Shown: piece by piece, positions 46,273-55,991 of the stretch
Layout of the letters: the number at the start of each line of letters is the position of its first letter
Numbering within the stretch: position 1 is the stretch's first letter
NCBI GenBank assembly: GCA_034003955.1
Contig: JAVEXO010000012.1
Location: 337-64,336 of the forward strand
Length of the DNA: 64,000 nt
Direction: 5' to 3'
Source of the DNA: Spirochaetia bacterium
Lineage (GTDB): Bacteria > Spirochaetota > Spirochaetia > Treponematales > UBA12059
Translations under genes and position numbers: made by a program
The notes under the pieces: model-generated
Told to the model about the DNA's origin: nothing
The model's input: the letters and a program-made list of their open reading frames with translations, nothing else
Database searches by the model: none

Positions 46273-47565
46273 ATGTCATACATGGAGAAGGCAGATCCAG
46301 AACTTTTCAAGGCCATGGGGCTTGAGGAGAGTCGTCAGCGTAACAATCTTGAACTGATTGCCAGCGAGAATTACGCTTCCCATGCCGTCATGGAGGCCGC
46401 TGGATCGGTTCTGACCAATAAATATGCAGAAGGCTATCCGGCCAAGCGATATTACGGTGGCTGCGAGTTTGTAGACGTCGCCGAAAACCTGGCTCGAGAC
46501 AGGGCCAAGGAGCTGTTTGGTGCGGAATTCGTCAACGTTCAGCCCCACTCTGGCTCACAGGCTAACATGGCCGTGTATTTCGCTGCACTCAAGCCTGGTG
46601 ACACCCTTCTTGGCATGGATCTGGCTCACGGTGGGCACCTGACCCACGGGGCCCCTGTTTCTTTCTCTGGCAAGCTGTATAACGTCGTCCGTTACGGCGT
46701 CCAGCGCGAGACAGAGACGATAGACTACGATGCATTGGAGAAGCTGGCCCGCGAGAACAAGCCCAAGATGATAGTGGCCGGTGCCAGTGCCTATCCCAGG
46801 GTCATAGATTTCCAGCGTTTCAGGAAGATAGCCGATGATGTTGGCGCCTTGTTCCTGGTAGACATGGCCCACATAGCCGGCCTTGTAGCCGCTGGAGCCC
46901 ACCCCAGTCCCATCCAGATAGCAGACTTTACGACTACTACGACGCACAAGACCCTGCGTGGCCCGCGCGGTGGCGCCATATTCATAGGCAAGGACAAGGA
47001 AAACACCATAGGCGTGACCACACCCAAGGGTGATCGCGTGAAGATGTGGTCTGAACTCATAGACGGATCTATTTTCCCTGGCATACAGGGCGGACCGCTC
47101 TGCCATATAATCGCCGCCAAGGCCGTAGCCTTCAAGGAGGCCCTGACTCCGGCGTACAAGGCCTACATACAGCAGGTCGTGGTCAATGCCAAGGTTCTGG
47201 CACAGGCCCTGGCAGACGGAGGAGCACGTATCGTTTCTGGCGGTACCGATAACCACCTGATGCTCGTAGATCTGACCCCTCTGGGTATCAGCGGCAAGGA
47301 AGCCGAGAAATGGCTTGACGAGGCGGGCATAACCGTCAACAAGAACGGCATCCCCTTCGACCAGAAAAGCCCATTCATAACATCAGGCATACGAATAGGA
47401 ACACCAGCCGTTACGACCCGCGGCATGAAAGAGCCAGAGATGGCTCAGATTTCTGGTTTCATCATGGATGTGCTCCGCTCCAAGGGTGAACCCGCCGTGA
47501 CATCACGGGTGAGGGCAGAGGTTCAAAAACTGACTGGACGATTCGGCCTCATGGCCGATCTGTAA
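46273..47565 (+). CDS. glyA: Serine hydroxymethyltransferase
   Basis: PLP-lysine motif [14 protein letters not shown]. Start at [12 protein letters not shown] after AAGGAGG. Confidence 0.95.
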   Translation: MSYMEKADPELFKAMGLEESRQRNNLELIASENYASHAVMEAAGSVLTNKYAEGYPAKRYYGGCEFVDVAENLARDRAKELFGAEFVNVQPHSGSQANMAVYFAALKPGDTLLGMDLAHGGHLTHGAPVSFSGKLYNVVRYGVQRETETIDYDALEKLARENKPKMIVAGASAYPRVIDFQRFRKIADDVGALFLVDMAHIAGLVAAGAHPSPIQIADFTTTTTHKTLRGPRGGAIFIGKDKENTIGVTTPKGDRVKMWSELIDGSIFPGIQGGPLCHIIAAKAVAFKEALTPAYKAYIQQVVVNAKVLAQALADGGARIVSGGTDNHLMLVDLTPLGISGKEAEKWLDEAGITVNKNGIPFDQKSPFITSGIRIGTPAVTTRGMKEPEMAQISGFIMDVLRSKGEPAVTSRVRAEVQKLTGRFGLMADL

Positions 47566-47620
47566 CTTCAATGTAACGTAGGTTTCCCTGGAGTATGCCA
47601 TCTTTGTGGTGCTACATAGA

Positions 47621-47649
47621 TTGACAACCTCCGGGGGCGTACCTATACT
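47621..47649 (+). promoter_or_regulatory. sigma-70-type promoter
   Basis: TTGACA, 17 nt, TATACT, 37 nt upstream of ATG 47686. Confidence 0.6.
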
Positions 47650-47685
47650 TCTATCGAGCTTTCCGACGGGAGAAATGGTATAGGC

Positions 47686-48918
47686 ATGGATAATCCGCTC
47701 CAGCTGACTTTCGTCAATTTTAAAAGAGACTCATACATAATTGTAGAAGGTAAGCAGAATGCCGACCGTTTCTTCATCATAAAGGCCGGTAAGGTTCGTA
47801 TATCCAAGGAGATAGAGGTCGTCGAAGAAGAAGGCGGCAACATCTATTCTCCCGGTGATTTCTTCGGTGTCGTATCAACCATGTCAAGCCACAGCCATAT
47901 AGAAACGGCTCAGGCGCTTACCGATGTAACGCTTATAAGCGTCCAGCGTGAGCAGTACGGCATGCTGATAGAGAAGAACACTCCCGTCGCCATGAAGATT
48001 ATCATGGGTTTTTCAAAGCGCATGCGCTTCCTGGACGAGGCCTTGACCCGTATAACCCTCAAGAAGAGCGCCGACATAGACCCATCGCATCTGTACAAGG
48101 TGGCCGAGTGCTACGCAAGACAGAGCCAGTTCAACCAGGCCTACTACGCCTACTATCAGTACCTCAAGTTCTGCCCCAATGGCCAGCATGCCTCTGTCGT
48201 CAAGGAGCGCCTGGCCAAGATAAAGCCATATTCCAAGGCCGTGTATCTTGAAGGCTCCACAGAGGAATTCAATCGCTACTATCCTAAGGACACCATGGTG
48301 TTCTCTGAGGGCATGCCCGGTAGTGAGCTGTATATAATCCAGAAGGGCTCCGTCAAGATAACAAAGATAGTAGACAACACCGAGGTGCTCCTGGCCGTTC
48401 TCAAGGCCGGCGACATATTCGGCGAGATGGCCCTTCTTGAGAACAAGCCCCGTTCTGCAAGTGCCATTGCCTACGAAGACGCCTATCTTCTAGCCGTAAA
48501 CAAACAGAATTTTGAGCGCATGGTTCAGGCACAGCCCCAGATAGTAACAAGGTTGACACAGTTGCTGGCAGAGCGTATTTGGTTTATATATAAGCAATTG
48601 GCAAACACGCTTATATCTGATCCATTAGGCAGAATGTATGATGCATTGCATATACAGCTTGAGAAGAACCGTGTCCCCATAAAGAACGGCGCGACCCATG
48701 CCTTTGATTTTGGCCCTAAGGAACTGGTCAACATGGTAGGACTGCCTATCAACGAAGGCAACATAGTCGTACAACAGCTTCTTTCAAACAAGCTGTTCCG
48801 CCTGATAGACAACAAGATTGTTGTCCAGGACATGAGCGAGATTGTCAAACAGGCCGAGTACTATCGCAAGATGCAGAAGATAGAGAAGTCCCGTAAAGAG
48901 GCCCAGGCGGCCCGTTGA
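47686..48918 (+). CDS. Protein with two cyclic-nucleotide-binding (CAP_ED) domains
   Basis: Two cNMP-binding cores (FFIIKAGKVRISKE...GDFFGV; LYIIQKGSVKITK...GDIFGEMALLENKPRSASA). Confidence 0.8.
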   Translation: MDNPLQLTFVNFKRDSYIIVEGKQNADRFFIIKAGKVRISKEIEVVEEEGGNIYSPGDFFGVVSTMSSHSHIETAQALTDVTLISVQREQYGMLIEKNTPVAMKIIMGFSKRMRFLDEALTRITLKKSADIDPSHLYKVAECYARQSQFNQAYYAYYQYLKFCPNGQHASVVKERLAKIKPYSKAVYLEGSTEEFNRYYPKDTMVFSEGMPGSELYIIQKGSVKITKIVDNTEVLLAVLKAGDIFGEMALLENKPRSASAIAYEDAYLLAVNKQNFERMVQAQPQIVTRLTQLLAERIWFIYKQLANTLISDPLGRMYDALHIQLEKNRVPIKNGATHAFDFGPKELVNMVGLPINEGNIVVQQLLSNKLFRLIDNKIVVQDMSEIVKQAEYYRKMQKIEKSRKEAQAAR

Positions 48919-49904
48919 CCCCCGAATCTTGCCATGACGCCATAACACAAAGCTTCGTAACACTGGGCTTGCCTGCTTTTTCTATAGTTGGTCGAGCCGT
49001 GATCGATGACATCGCCAGTATAGCCGATCCTGAGGCTCTCAGACGCTACGGTTTCCGTGATTCGGCCGGAGCCGTCGTCGTTGTCTTTCCATACGATCCC
49101 AGGCCAGATGTCCAGCCTTCTTCCCTCGATGCTCTTAACAGTGAGGCAGCTAAAGGCCCTCCGCCGTATATACGAGTAGGCGCCTTCGCCGCCTGGAACC
49201 ATTATGCGGCTCTATCGCGCCTTCTACAGAAGGCCGGACGCATGCTGGCCGCATCTTCCGGGTTGGCACCTTCAGGCTTCAGGGTCATAGTCAATTCCCG
49301 CCTCCCTGAGAAACCCCTGGCCCTGGCCGCCGGGCTTGGCTTCATAGGCCGATCGAGCCTGCTTGTGAGCCATGCGTATGGGCCTGCATGCCTCATCGCT
49401 GCCTTGCTGCTGCCGGCGGAGTATGAGCTTGGGGTCAATGGTGGCCTTGGGGTCAACAACGACATTGCTGGCGGTGGCTGTGGTACTTGCCGTGCCTGCC
49501 TGGAGGCTTGCCCGACAGGAGCCATACTGCCCGATCATGGTGTGGAGCTTGAACGCTGTATACAGTACTGGACGACGAAGCCAGGCATGCCTCCAGCCGT
49601 GGTGAGAGCCGCCTGGGCTGATCGTCTCTATGGTTGCGATGCCTGTGTGGCCGCCTGCCCGCACTCGGCTCGCGCCACCGTGCTGGGTCCTGACGGCACG
49701 AGCCCGGTGTCGCGAGCGCGAGCCCTGATGCTTAGGTCAGAACAACGTCCGGGATCTTTTGTATCGGCTTCCTTCATCTTCGCCGCGAGCGATGAACAAC
49801 TACGCTTGTTTTTTAAGAAAACAGCACTAGGGCTATCCTGGGTAGGCTTGGAAGAAGTACGCAGGAACGCAGAGTTGGCAAGTCCCTCCCATAGTTTGAC
49901 GTGA
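48915..49904 (+). CDS. queG: Epoxyqueuosine reductase-like 4Fe-4S protein
   Basis: Two ferredoxin-type clusters (CGTCRACLEACP; CDACVAACP) in a QueG-like arrangement. Shorter than canonical QueG. Confidence 0.6.
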   Translation: MTPESCHDAITQSFVTLGLPAFSIVGRAVIDDIASIADPEALRRYGFRDSAGAVVVVFPYDPRPDVQPSSLDALNSEAAKGPPPYIRVGAFAAWNHYAALSRLLQKAGRMLAASSGLAPSGFRVIVNSRLPEKPLALAAGLGFIGRSSLLVSHAYGPACLIAALLLPAEYELGVNGGLGVNNDIAGGGCGTCRACLEACPTGAILPDHGVELERCIQYWTTKPGMPPAVVRAAWADRLYGCDACVAACPHSARATVLGPDGTSPVSRARALMLRSEQRPGSFVSASFIFAASDEQLRLFFKKTALGLSWVGLEEVRRNAELASPSHSLT

Positions 49905-49951
49905 GGCCTTTTGGGTAGTACAGTTGACAGTGAAGACAGGAGAGATACACG

Positions 49952-50464
49952 ATGCAAGAAAGCCCCGTCAATCAATACTTAAGTTTCACACTCAAGGATG
50001 AGCTCTATGCTATTTCCATAGCCATGGTTCGCGAGGTGCTGGAATATACCAAGATAACAAGGCTCCCTAAAACGGCTAATTTCATGAAAGGTATCATCAA
50101 CCTGCGGGGCCAAGGCGTTCCCGTCATAGACTTAGCGATTAAATTCGGCATGGAAGAGACGGCCATAGACAAGGACACGGCTATCATAGTCATGGACGTG
50201 GAAACTGATGACGGTATCGTCATAGTAGGAGTACTCGCCGATACCGTTCATGAAGTCATTGATTTGCCTGCTAGCAAGGTGGAGCCGGCACCGCGCTTCG
50301 GTACCAGCCTGGCTGCAGATTTTATTCAGGGAGTTGGTACCTTGGATGATGGCTTCGTCATCATACTTGATATAGGTCATATCTTTAGCAGTGACGAAGT
50401 ATTTATGCTCAAGACAGGGGCCGTAGAAGGCAGCGCAAAGCAAAAACAGGAGCGTGATGTATGA
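49952..50464 (+). CDS. cheW: Chemotaxis coupling protein CheW
   Basis: 170 aa. QYLSFTLKDELYAISIAMVREV...INLRGQGVPVIDL is a typical CheW domain. Confidence 0.9.
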   Translation: MQESPVNQYLSFTLKDELYAISIAMVREVLEYTKITRLPKTANFMKGIINLRGQGVPVIDLAIKFGMEETAIDKDTAIIVMDVETDDGIVIVGVLADTVHEVIDLPASKVEPAPRFGTSLAADFIQGVGTLDDGFVIILDIGHIFSSDEVFMLKTGAVEGSAKQKQERDV

Positions 50465-50640
50465 AGAATGTTGATATGAAGCTTTCGGGCACAATCTTGA
50501 CAATAACTGTCGATATTGCCAAGGAGTTTGGCTTGTCAAGCTCGGGAAAGAGCAAAATAATTGCCTCTACCGAGGGCAATGTGTCTATTCCCGACAAGGA
50601 AGAGATCAAGATAGGCCTCAATATCTATCGCAAGCCCTGA
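50461..50640 (+). CDS. Small hypothetical protein, 59 aa (below the ORF-track cutoff)
   Basis: ATG 50461 overlaps the cheW stop (GTATGA). Translation is MKNVDMKLSGTILTITVDIAKEFGLSSSGKSKIIASTEGNVSIPDKEEIKIGLNIYRKP with TGA at 50638-50640. Composition is coding-like. Confidence 0.5.
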   Translation: MKNVDMKLSGTILTITVDIAKEFGLSSSGKSKIIASTEGNVSIPDKEEIKIGLNIYRKP

Positions 50641-50723
50641 TTCCGGGAATGACCCGAGCCTTGGCGTAAGCCGAGACTTGGCATTGCCCAAGCGCTCATG
50701 CAAGGCGTACTATACTAACAACC

Positions 50724-51920
50724 ATGAACCCACTCGATATTTACGTAAACAAAGCAGTACCATTCAAATTCAAGGGTGTCGACCTGTCATTCGACCTGTC
50801 GCATGCCCTGTTCAGCTCCTTTGATATAGACGCAGGATCCCGCCTCCTCTTGAAGGCGATAGCCCAGAATGTTGAACAAGCCAGCGTAGGCTCAATAGTC
50901 GACATAGGTTCTGGCGTGGGAGTGCTCGGCATAGCCTGTGCAAAGGCCTATCCGGACTCGAGCCTGCTTATGCGAGACCGCGACGCCCTGGCATCTGCCT
51001 TTAGCGAGCGGAACGCCAGACGCAACAGGATTGCCTCGGTATCAATCGATACGCGCCTGTTCCTGGAAGGCATAGAGGCGGAACGCTATGACCTTGTGCT
51101 GTGCAACGTGCCGGCCAAGGCCGGTCCTCCCGTGCTTGACCGCTTCCTTAAAGATATCCCTGGCATCCTCACCGAGCGCGGCACAGGCGCCATCGTCGTC
51201 GTTGAGACAATAGCCGAAGCCGCCTTAGCATCGCTGCGCGCATCAGGCGCTGAGATCTACCGCACGGAGCGCGGGCCGGGTCATAGTGCCTTCCTCTTCA
51301 GGCGTGGCAGCGCCGCGGCCGTTGAGCCAGGAGCGTTCTGGGGCGTCATGGAACGTTCTGAGCAGAGACTGCGCGCCGGCAAGATATTGTATCGACTCAA
51401 AGGATATTGGGGACTCCAGGAATTCGATACACCCTCGTTCTCAAGCGAATTGTCGATGAACATGGCAGAGAACGCCATGGCCGGTCTCCACACCAGGAGG
51501 GTCGCCCTTATCAACCCCGGGGTCGGGCGTGTAGCCTGTTACATTGGAGCACGCGCCAGAGGCGCGACGATAGACCTGTGCGGACGCGACTCGCTATCGC
51601 TCGCCGTAAGCGCCAGGAACCTGGCGCTTAACGCCAAGGCTGATACACCGGCGGGCGAGTCATACTCTTTCGCATCCAAGCTTCCTGACAGTGCCTACGA
51701 CCTCCTGGTCGAGACAGTCGATCCTATTCCCCGCGTCGATACACTAGACGATTCATGGGCCTCGGCTCTCAGGATCTTGAAGCGGGGGGGCTCCTACATA
51801 GCCACCATGCCATCTGCCGTCATGGACCGCTTCGAGAAACGAAAGCCAAAGGGAATGGTCAAGATATCGGGAAAAAAGAAGAAGGGCTTTGCCTGTGCCT
51901 CCTGGCGCCTTGAAGCTTGA
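50724..51920 (+). CDS. Class I SAM-dependent methyltransferase (RsmC/RlmG-like small-domain family)
   Basis: SAM motif I VDIGSGVGVLGI and motif IV-like LCNVPAK. Apparent two-lobe architecture. Confidence 0.65.
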   Translation: MNPLDIYVNKAVPFKFKGVDLSFDLSHALFSSFDIDAGSRLLLKAIAQNVEQASVGSIVDIGSGVGVLGIACAKAYPDSSLLMRDRDALASAFSERNARRNRIASVSIDTRLFLEGIEAERYDLVLCNVPAKAGPPVLDRFLKDIPGILTERGTGAIVVVETIAEAALASLRASGAEIYRTERGPGHSAFLFRRGSAAAVEPGAFWGVMERSEQRLRAGKILYRLKGYWGLQEFDTPSFSSELSMNMAENAMAGLHTRRVALINPGVGRVACYIGARARGATIDLCGRDSLSLAVSARNLALNAKADTPAGESYSFASKLPDSAYDLLVETVDPIPRVDTLDDSWASALRILKRGGSYIATMPSAVMDRFEKRKPKGMVKISGKKKKGFACASWRLEA

Positions 51921-51939
51921 GGGCCATTCTAGTCGGCTA

Positions 51940-51987
51940 GCCTGATTGCAGGCTCGCCTGATTACAGGCTCGCCTGATTACAGGCGG
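51940..51987. repeat. Tandem 16-bp palindromic array (3 units)
   Basis: GCCTGATTGCAGGCTC GCCTGATTACAGGCTC GCCTGATTACAGGCGG. It consists of alternating inverted repeats CAGGC-TC-GCCTG and GCCTG-ATTA-CAGGC. Confidence 0.9.
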
Positions 51988-52092
51988 CCATTTTAACTTG
52001 TGCAGTGACCGTTTTAGGTATAGAACTGTTGCCTGTGGAGTAGCCATTATCAAAAGATGCCGCTCCGAGCACATACAAGGAGAGCTCACGAT

Positions 52093-53904
52093 ATGAACAT
52101 CGATAGCATACGGCACCCCAGGCTTAGAGAATGGATAGACGAGCAGGTTGCAATGTGCATGCCAGACGACGTCTACGTCTGTGATGGTGGACAGGAAGAA
52201 GCCGACAGGCTGGCCGAGCGTATGCTACGCTCAGGGAGCTTCAAGCAACTCGACAAGAAACCAAACTCTTTTTATGTACGCAGCGACCCCGGTGACGTGG
52301 CCAGGGTGGAGAACAATACATTCATCTGCTCACGTTTCCGAGAGGAGGCCGGCCCCACCAATAACTGGCGTGACCCCGAGGAGATGAAGGGTGAACTCAG
52401 GCAGCGCTTCTTTGGATGCATGCGCGGCCGCACCATGTATGTCATACCATTCTCAATGGGGCCCATAGGTGGCCCGCTCTCGCAGATTGGCATAGAGCTT
52501 ACAGACAGCCTCTATGTCGTGCTCAACATGCGTATCATGACGAGGATGGGTACGGCAGTCTTAGCGGAACTTGACAGGGACAAGCCATTCGTAAAATGCC
52601 TTCATTCTGTGGGCTATCCCTTGACCCTAGGCCGCCGCGAACTGGCATGGCCCTGCGATTCAAACAACAAGTATATTGTCCATTTTCCCGAAGAACGATC
52701 CATCTGGTCCTATGGTTCGGGCTACGGTGGCAATGCCCTTCTAGGCAAGAAGTGCTATGCCCTGAGGATAGCCAGCGTCATGGCCCGCGATCAGGGCTGG
52801 CTGGCTGAACACATGCTCATCCTGGGGTTAACAAATCCAGAAGGACAGAAGAAATACATCGTGGCGGCATTCCCCTCTGCCTGTGGCAAGACTAACCTGG
52901 CCATGCTTGTGCCCAGCATCCCCGGCTGGAAGGTTGAGACGGTTGGAGACGACATAGCATGGCTTCGATGGGGCAAGGATGGTAGGCTCTACGCCATCAA
53001 TCCAGAGGCCGGCTTCTTCGGTGTTGCTCCTGGCACCAGCATGAAGTCTAACCCCAATGCCATGTTGTCTGCTCAGAAGAACAGCATTTTTACAAACGTA
53101 GCATTAACCCCCGACGGCGATGTGTGGTGGGAGGGCATTGGTACGCCACCACCGGAGGGACTCATAGACTGGCTCGGCGAAAGCTATGATCCGTCAAACG
53201 ACAAACCGGCCGCTCATCCTAACAGCCGTTTTACGGCTCCGGCCAGTCAGTGCCCTGTGATAGACCCAGAATGGGAGAACCCCGAGGGTGTGCCTATAAG
53301 TGCCATCCTGTTTGGTGGCCGCCGCGTCGGCACGGTTCCCTTGGTGCACGAGGCATTGGATTGGGAGCATGGCGTGTTCATGGGTTCTATAGTTTCTAGC
53401 GAGACGACCGCCGCCGCCGCAGGAGCCGTCGGCAAGTTGCGGCGCGACCCCTTTGCCATGCTGCCATTCTGCGGCTACAACATGGGAGATTACTTCCACC
53501 ATTGGCTTAGGATGGGAGAACGCTCGGGCGTGGTCCACCCACGGGTGTACTACGTCAACTGGTTCCGGAAGGGAGAGGACGGAGCCTTCCTCTGGCCAGG
53601 CTTTGGAGACAACGCGAGGGTCCTCAAGTGGATATTCGAGCGATGCGACGGCGTAGGCAAGGCCGTCGAAACGGCCATAGGCTATGTTCCTGCGCCAGGG
53701 GCCCTGGACATTGACGGCCTCGATATGACGCCAGAAGCCATGCAGGCTCTTCTGGCGGTACGTGAAGAGGAATGGCTGGCCGATATACCAGGGATCAGAG
53801 CCTTCTATGGCAGCTTTCATGACGGGTTTCCTGAACCATTACTGGCTCGTCTTGCCTGGCTTGAGCGCCGGCTTCAAGGTGGCGCCGCCGGCATCAAGGG
53901 CTAA
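52093..53904 (+). CDS. pckG: Phosphoenolpyruvate carboxykinase (GTP)
   Basis: GTP-PEPCK motifs ([12 protein letters not shown] kinase-1a; [14 protein letters not shown]). Start at [11 protein letters not shown] after AAGGAG. Confidence 0.95.
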   Translation: MNIDSIRHPRLREWIDEQVAMCMPDDVYVCDGGQEEADRLAERMLRSGSFKQLDKKPNSFYVRSDPGDVARVENNTFICSRFREEAGPTNNWRDPEEMKGELRQRFFGCMRGRTMYVIPFSMGPIGGPLSQIGIELTDSLYVVLNMRIMTRMGTAVLAELDRDKPFVKCLHSVGYPLTLGRRELAWPCDSNNKYIVHFPEERSIWSYGSGYGGNALLGKKCYALRIASVMARDQGWLAEHMLILGLTNPEGQKKYIVAAFPSACGKTNLAMLVPSIPGWKVETVGDDIAWLRWGKDGRLYAINPEAGFFGVAPGTSMKSNPNAMLSAQKNSIFTNVALTPDGDVWWEGIGTPPPEGLIDWLGESYDPSNDKPAAHPNSRFTAPASQCPVIDPEWENPEGVPISAILFGGRRVGTVPLVHEALDWEHGVFMGSIVSSETTAAAAGAVGKLRRDPFAMLPFCGYNMGDYFHHWLRMGERSGVVHPRVYYVNWFRKGEDGAFLWPGFGDNARVLKWIFERCDGVGKAVETAIGYVPAPGALDIDGLDMTPEAMQALLAVREEEWLADIPGIRAFYGSFHDGFPEPLLARLAWLERRLQGGAAGIKG

Positions 53905-53907
53905 GGT

Positions 53908-53979
53908 TGCCTGATCGAGCCCTGCAGGCTTGCAGGCTTGCAGGCTCGCCTGGTTACAGGCTCGCCTGGTTACAGGCGG
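53908..53979. repeat. Tandem 8-bp/16-bp palindromic array related to 51940-51987
   Basis: ...CTGCAGGCTT GCAGGCTT GCAGGCTC GCCTGGTTACAGGCTC GCCTGGTTACAGGCGG. The unit differs from the upstream array only by A to G. It overlaps the last codons of zur. Confidence 0.9.
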
Positions 53980-54337
53980 CACAGAGGCCAGAGAGGTACA
54001 TGGTATGGCGAGTGACCGACAGACCAAGATCGCTTTCGAACTCAGAGACGAGGCCGTCCATGCGGCATTCGCCCAGATCTATAAAGCGGTGGCATGACTC
54101 GCAATGGAACCAGTGTCGATGAGCCGAGTGGCAGGATGCGTAATAGCGTTCTATGCCATGCTCGGAACAGTAGAGCACGAATGATTCGGCAAGACCCGCC
54201 TCTTCCAGATGGTGGAGCGACCTATAGACAGTCGCCTGGTCGCAGCTTCCCTCTATGGCCTCCATGACGCCTGAGGCAGACAGCGGCTGTCCTGCCTGTA
54301 CCAGGACGTCCATGACGGCTGACCTGGCCTTTGTCAT
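53954..54337 (-). CDS. zur: Fur-family metalloregulator (Zur-like)
   Basis: 127 aa. Winged-helix N-terminus (VMDVLVQAGQPLSA...TVYRSLHHLEEAGL), HxH and CxxC pairs (HCESCH; CAAC). Last gene of the znu operon. Confidence 0.8.
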   Translation of the reverse strand: MTKARSAVMDVLVQAGQPLSASGVMEAIEGSCDQATVYRSLHHLEEAGLAESFVLYCSEHGIERYYASCHSAHRHWFHCESCHRFIDLGECRMDGLVSEFESDLGLSVTRHTMYLSGLCAACNQASL

Positions 54338-55185
54338 CGCCGTCGCCCCGCTCGTAGCGCGCTGACAGCCGATACCAATAGGAACAGGGCCCCTGAAATT
54401 ACGACGACGACCGCGCCGGCCGGCATATCGAGTGCCCAGCTGGCTACAAGGCCCAGGCTTATGAGTATGGCGGACAGGATGGCTCCACCGAGCATCATAG
54501 CCGCCAAATTCTTGGCTATGAAACCCGCGGTTCCAGAAGGCAGGGTCAGCATGGCTATGACCATCACGATGCCTACGAATGTCTGGAGCAATACCACGGC
54601 TACGGCTGTGACAGCCAGTGTTACCAGGAACACCGTCTCTGTTGGCACGCCCCTGACACGGGCGAACTCCTCATCGAAGGCGCTGGCCTCTATCTGGGGG
54701 TAGTAGCGCCAGGCCAGGAGTACGACGATGACGTCGAGGGCGGCGAGCATCACCAGGTCGATGGTCGACACAAGGAGGATGTTGCCAAACAGGTAGCTCA
54801 TAGGGTCTGCGTAGCCCGGCGTCTTGGCTATGAAGAGGACACCTATACTCATGCCTATGGCCCAGACAGCGTTGATTACGGTGTCCTCCCTCTGTTTTGC
54901 GCGCAGCGATACATAGCCTATGACGGCAGCGGCAAGCAGGGCAAAGATGAGGGCGCCTACTATGGGAGGAAGGCCGGGAACAAGGCCCTTGGCAGACAGG
55001 AACAAGGCCATGCCTATGCCTCCCAAAACGGCATGGGATATGGCTCCAGCCAGGCCTGCTATGCGCTTGACGGTGACGACGGCTCCGAGGGTGCCAAAAA
55101 GAACGGCAGACAAGAGGCCTGCTACCAGGGCGTTGCGAACGAAGGGCATGGTGGGGTCAAGGAGGGCGCTCAGGTAGGAACTCAT
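54334..55185 (-). CDS. znuB: Metal (Zn/Mn) ABC transporter permease (ABC-3 family)
   Basis: 283-aa polytopic protein of the ABC-3 family. 4-nt overlaps on both sides. Confidence 0.85.
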   Translation of the reverse strand: MSSYLSALLDPTMPFVRNALVAGLLSAVLFGTLGAVVTVKRIAGLAGAISHAVLGGIGMALFLSAKGLVPGLPPIVGALIFALLAAAVIGYVSLRAKQREDTVINAVWAIGMSIGVLFIAKTPGYADPMSYLFGNILLVSTIDLVMLAALDVIVVLLAWRYYPQIEASAFDEEFARVRGVPTETVFLVTLAVTAVAVVLLQTFVGIVMVIAMLTLPSGTAGFIAKNLAAMMLGGAILSAILISLGLVASWALDMPAGAVVVVISGALFLLVSAVSALRAGRRR

Positions 55186-55991
55186 GCGTCACCTTTCTGG
55201 CCGCAACAGGCATCGTCTGGCAGCTCGGTGTCATGGAGCACCTGGAGGGCGGCACCCCCGTATTGGTCGCTTGAGACATGCAAGGCGGGCTTGGCCTGGT
55301 GACGAATGACGCTTCGACCGTGCCCACGCTCGCCTACGCAGAAGACGGAGTCTGTCAGGGCCGTGACGAAGCCCGTATCGTGGGTCACCACGAGGATGGT
55401 CGTGTCGCCCTTGAGACCGCCGAGTGTCTTGAAGAGCCTCGCCTCGCTCTCGGCATCCATATTGGCCGTTGGTTCATCAAGCACGAGGATCTCTGGCTCG
55501 GCTGCAAGTGCCCTGGCCACGAGGACTCTCCTGCGTTGACCCCCTGAGAGGGCCGAGTATGGGCGTTCTGCTAGAGCCTCGACATCGGCCATCTCCAGAG
55601 CCCTTGAAACAGCCGTATCGTCGCGTGATCCGTAGCTTCTGGTCGATCCTAGAAGCCTGCCCATCCTGACGACCTCCCGCACCGATATTGGAAAGGCTGG
55701 GTCATAGGAGGCATGCTGAGGCACGTAGCCTATTGAACTTCTAGTCAGCTCGGGGGATCGCCCAAGAACGCTGACGCTGCCCGAGCTTGGTTTGATCAGG
55801 CCTAGAAGCAACTTCAAGACAGTGGTCTTGCCTGATCCGTTTGGCCCGACTATGGCAGCAAACTCGCCTGCGTGAATATGAAAGCGCGCTCCGTCGAGGA
55901 CCGCTAGGTCTCCGTATGAAAATGAAACATCGTCGAAACGTATGGCCACGGTTTTGATAGTAGTCGCTTTGGCCGATCTGGAGCCGCTCAC
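55182..55991 (-). CDS. znuC: Metal ABC transporter ATP-binding protein
   Basis: Walker A GPNGSGKTT, signature LSGGQRRR, Walker B ILVLDEP. Confidence 0.9.
   Translation of the reverse strand: MSGSRSAKATTIKTVAIRFDDVSFSYGDLAVLDGARFHIHAGEFAAIVGPNGSGKTTVLKLLLGLIKPSSGSVSVLGRSPELTRSSIGYVPQHASYDPAFPISVREVVRMGRLLGSTRSYGSRDDTAVSRALEMADVEALAERPYSALSGGQRRRVLVARALAAEPEILVLDEPTANMDAESEARLFKTLGGLKGDTTILVVTHDTGFVTALTDSVFCVGERGHGRSVIRHQAKPALHVSSDQYGGAALQVLHDTELPDDACCGQKGDA

Noticed and set aside
51940-53979. Possibility that the short tandem arrays are CRISPR repeats
   Set aside because: The units are 8-16 bp and directly abutting, with no unique spacers. There are no cas genes in the window.
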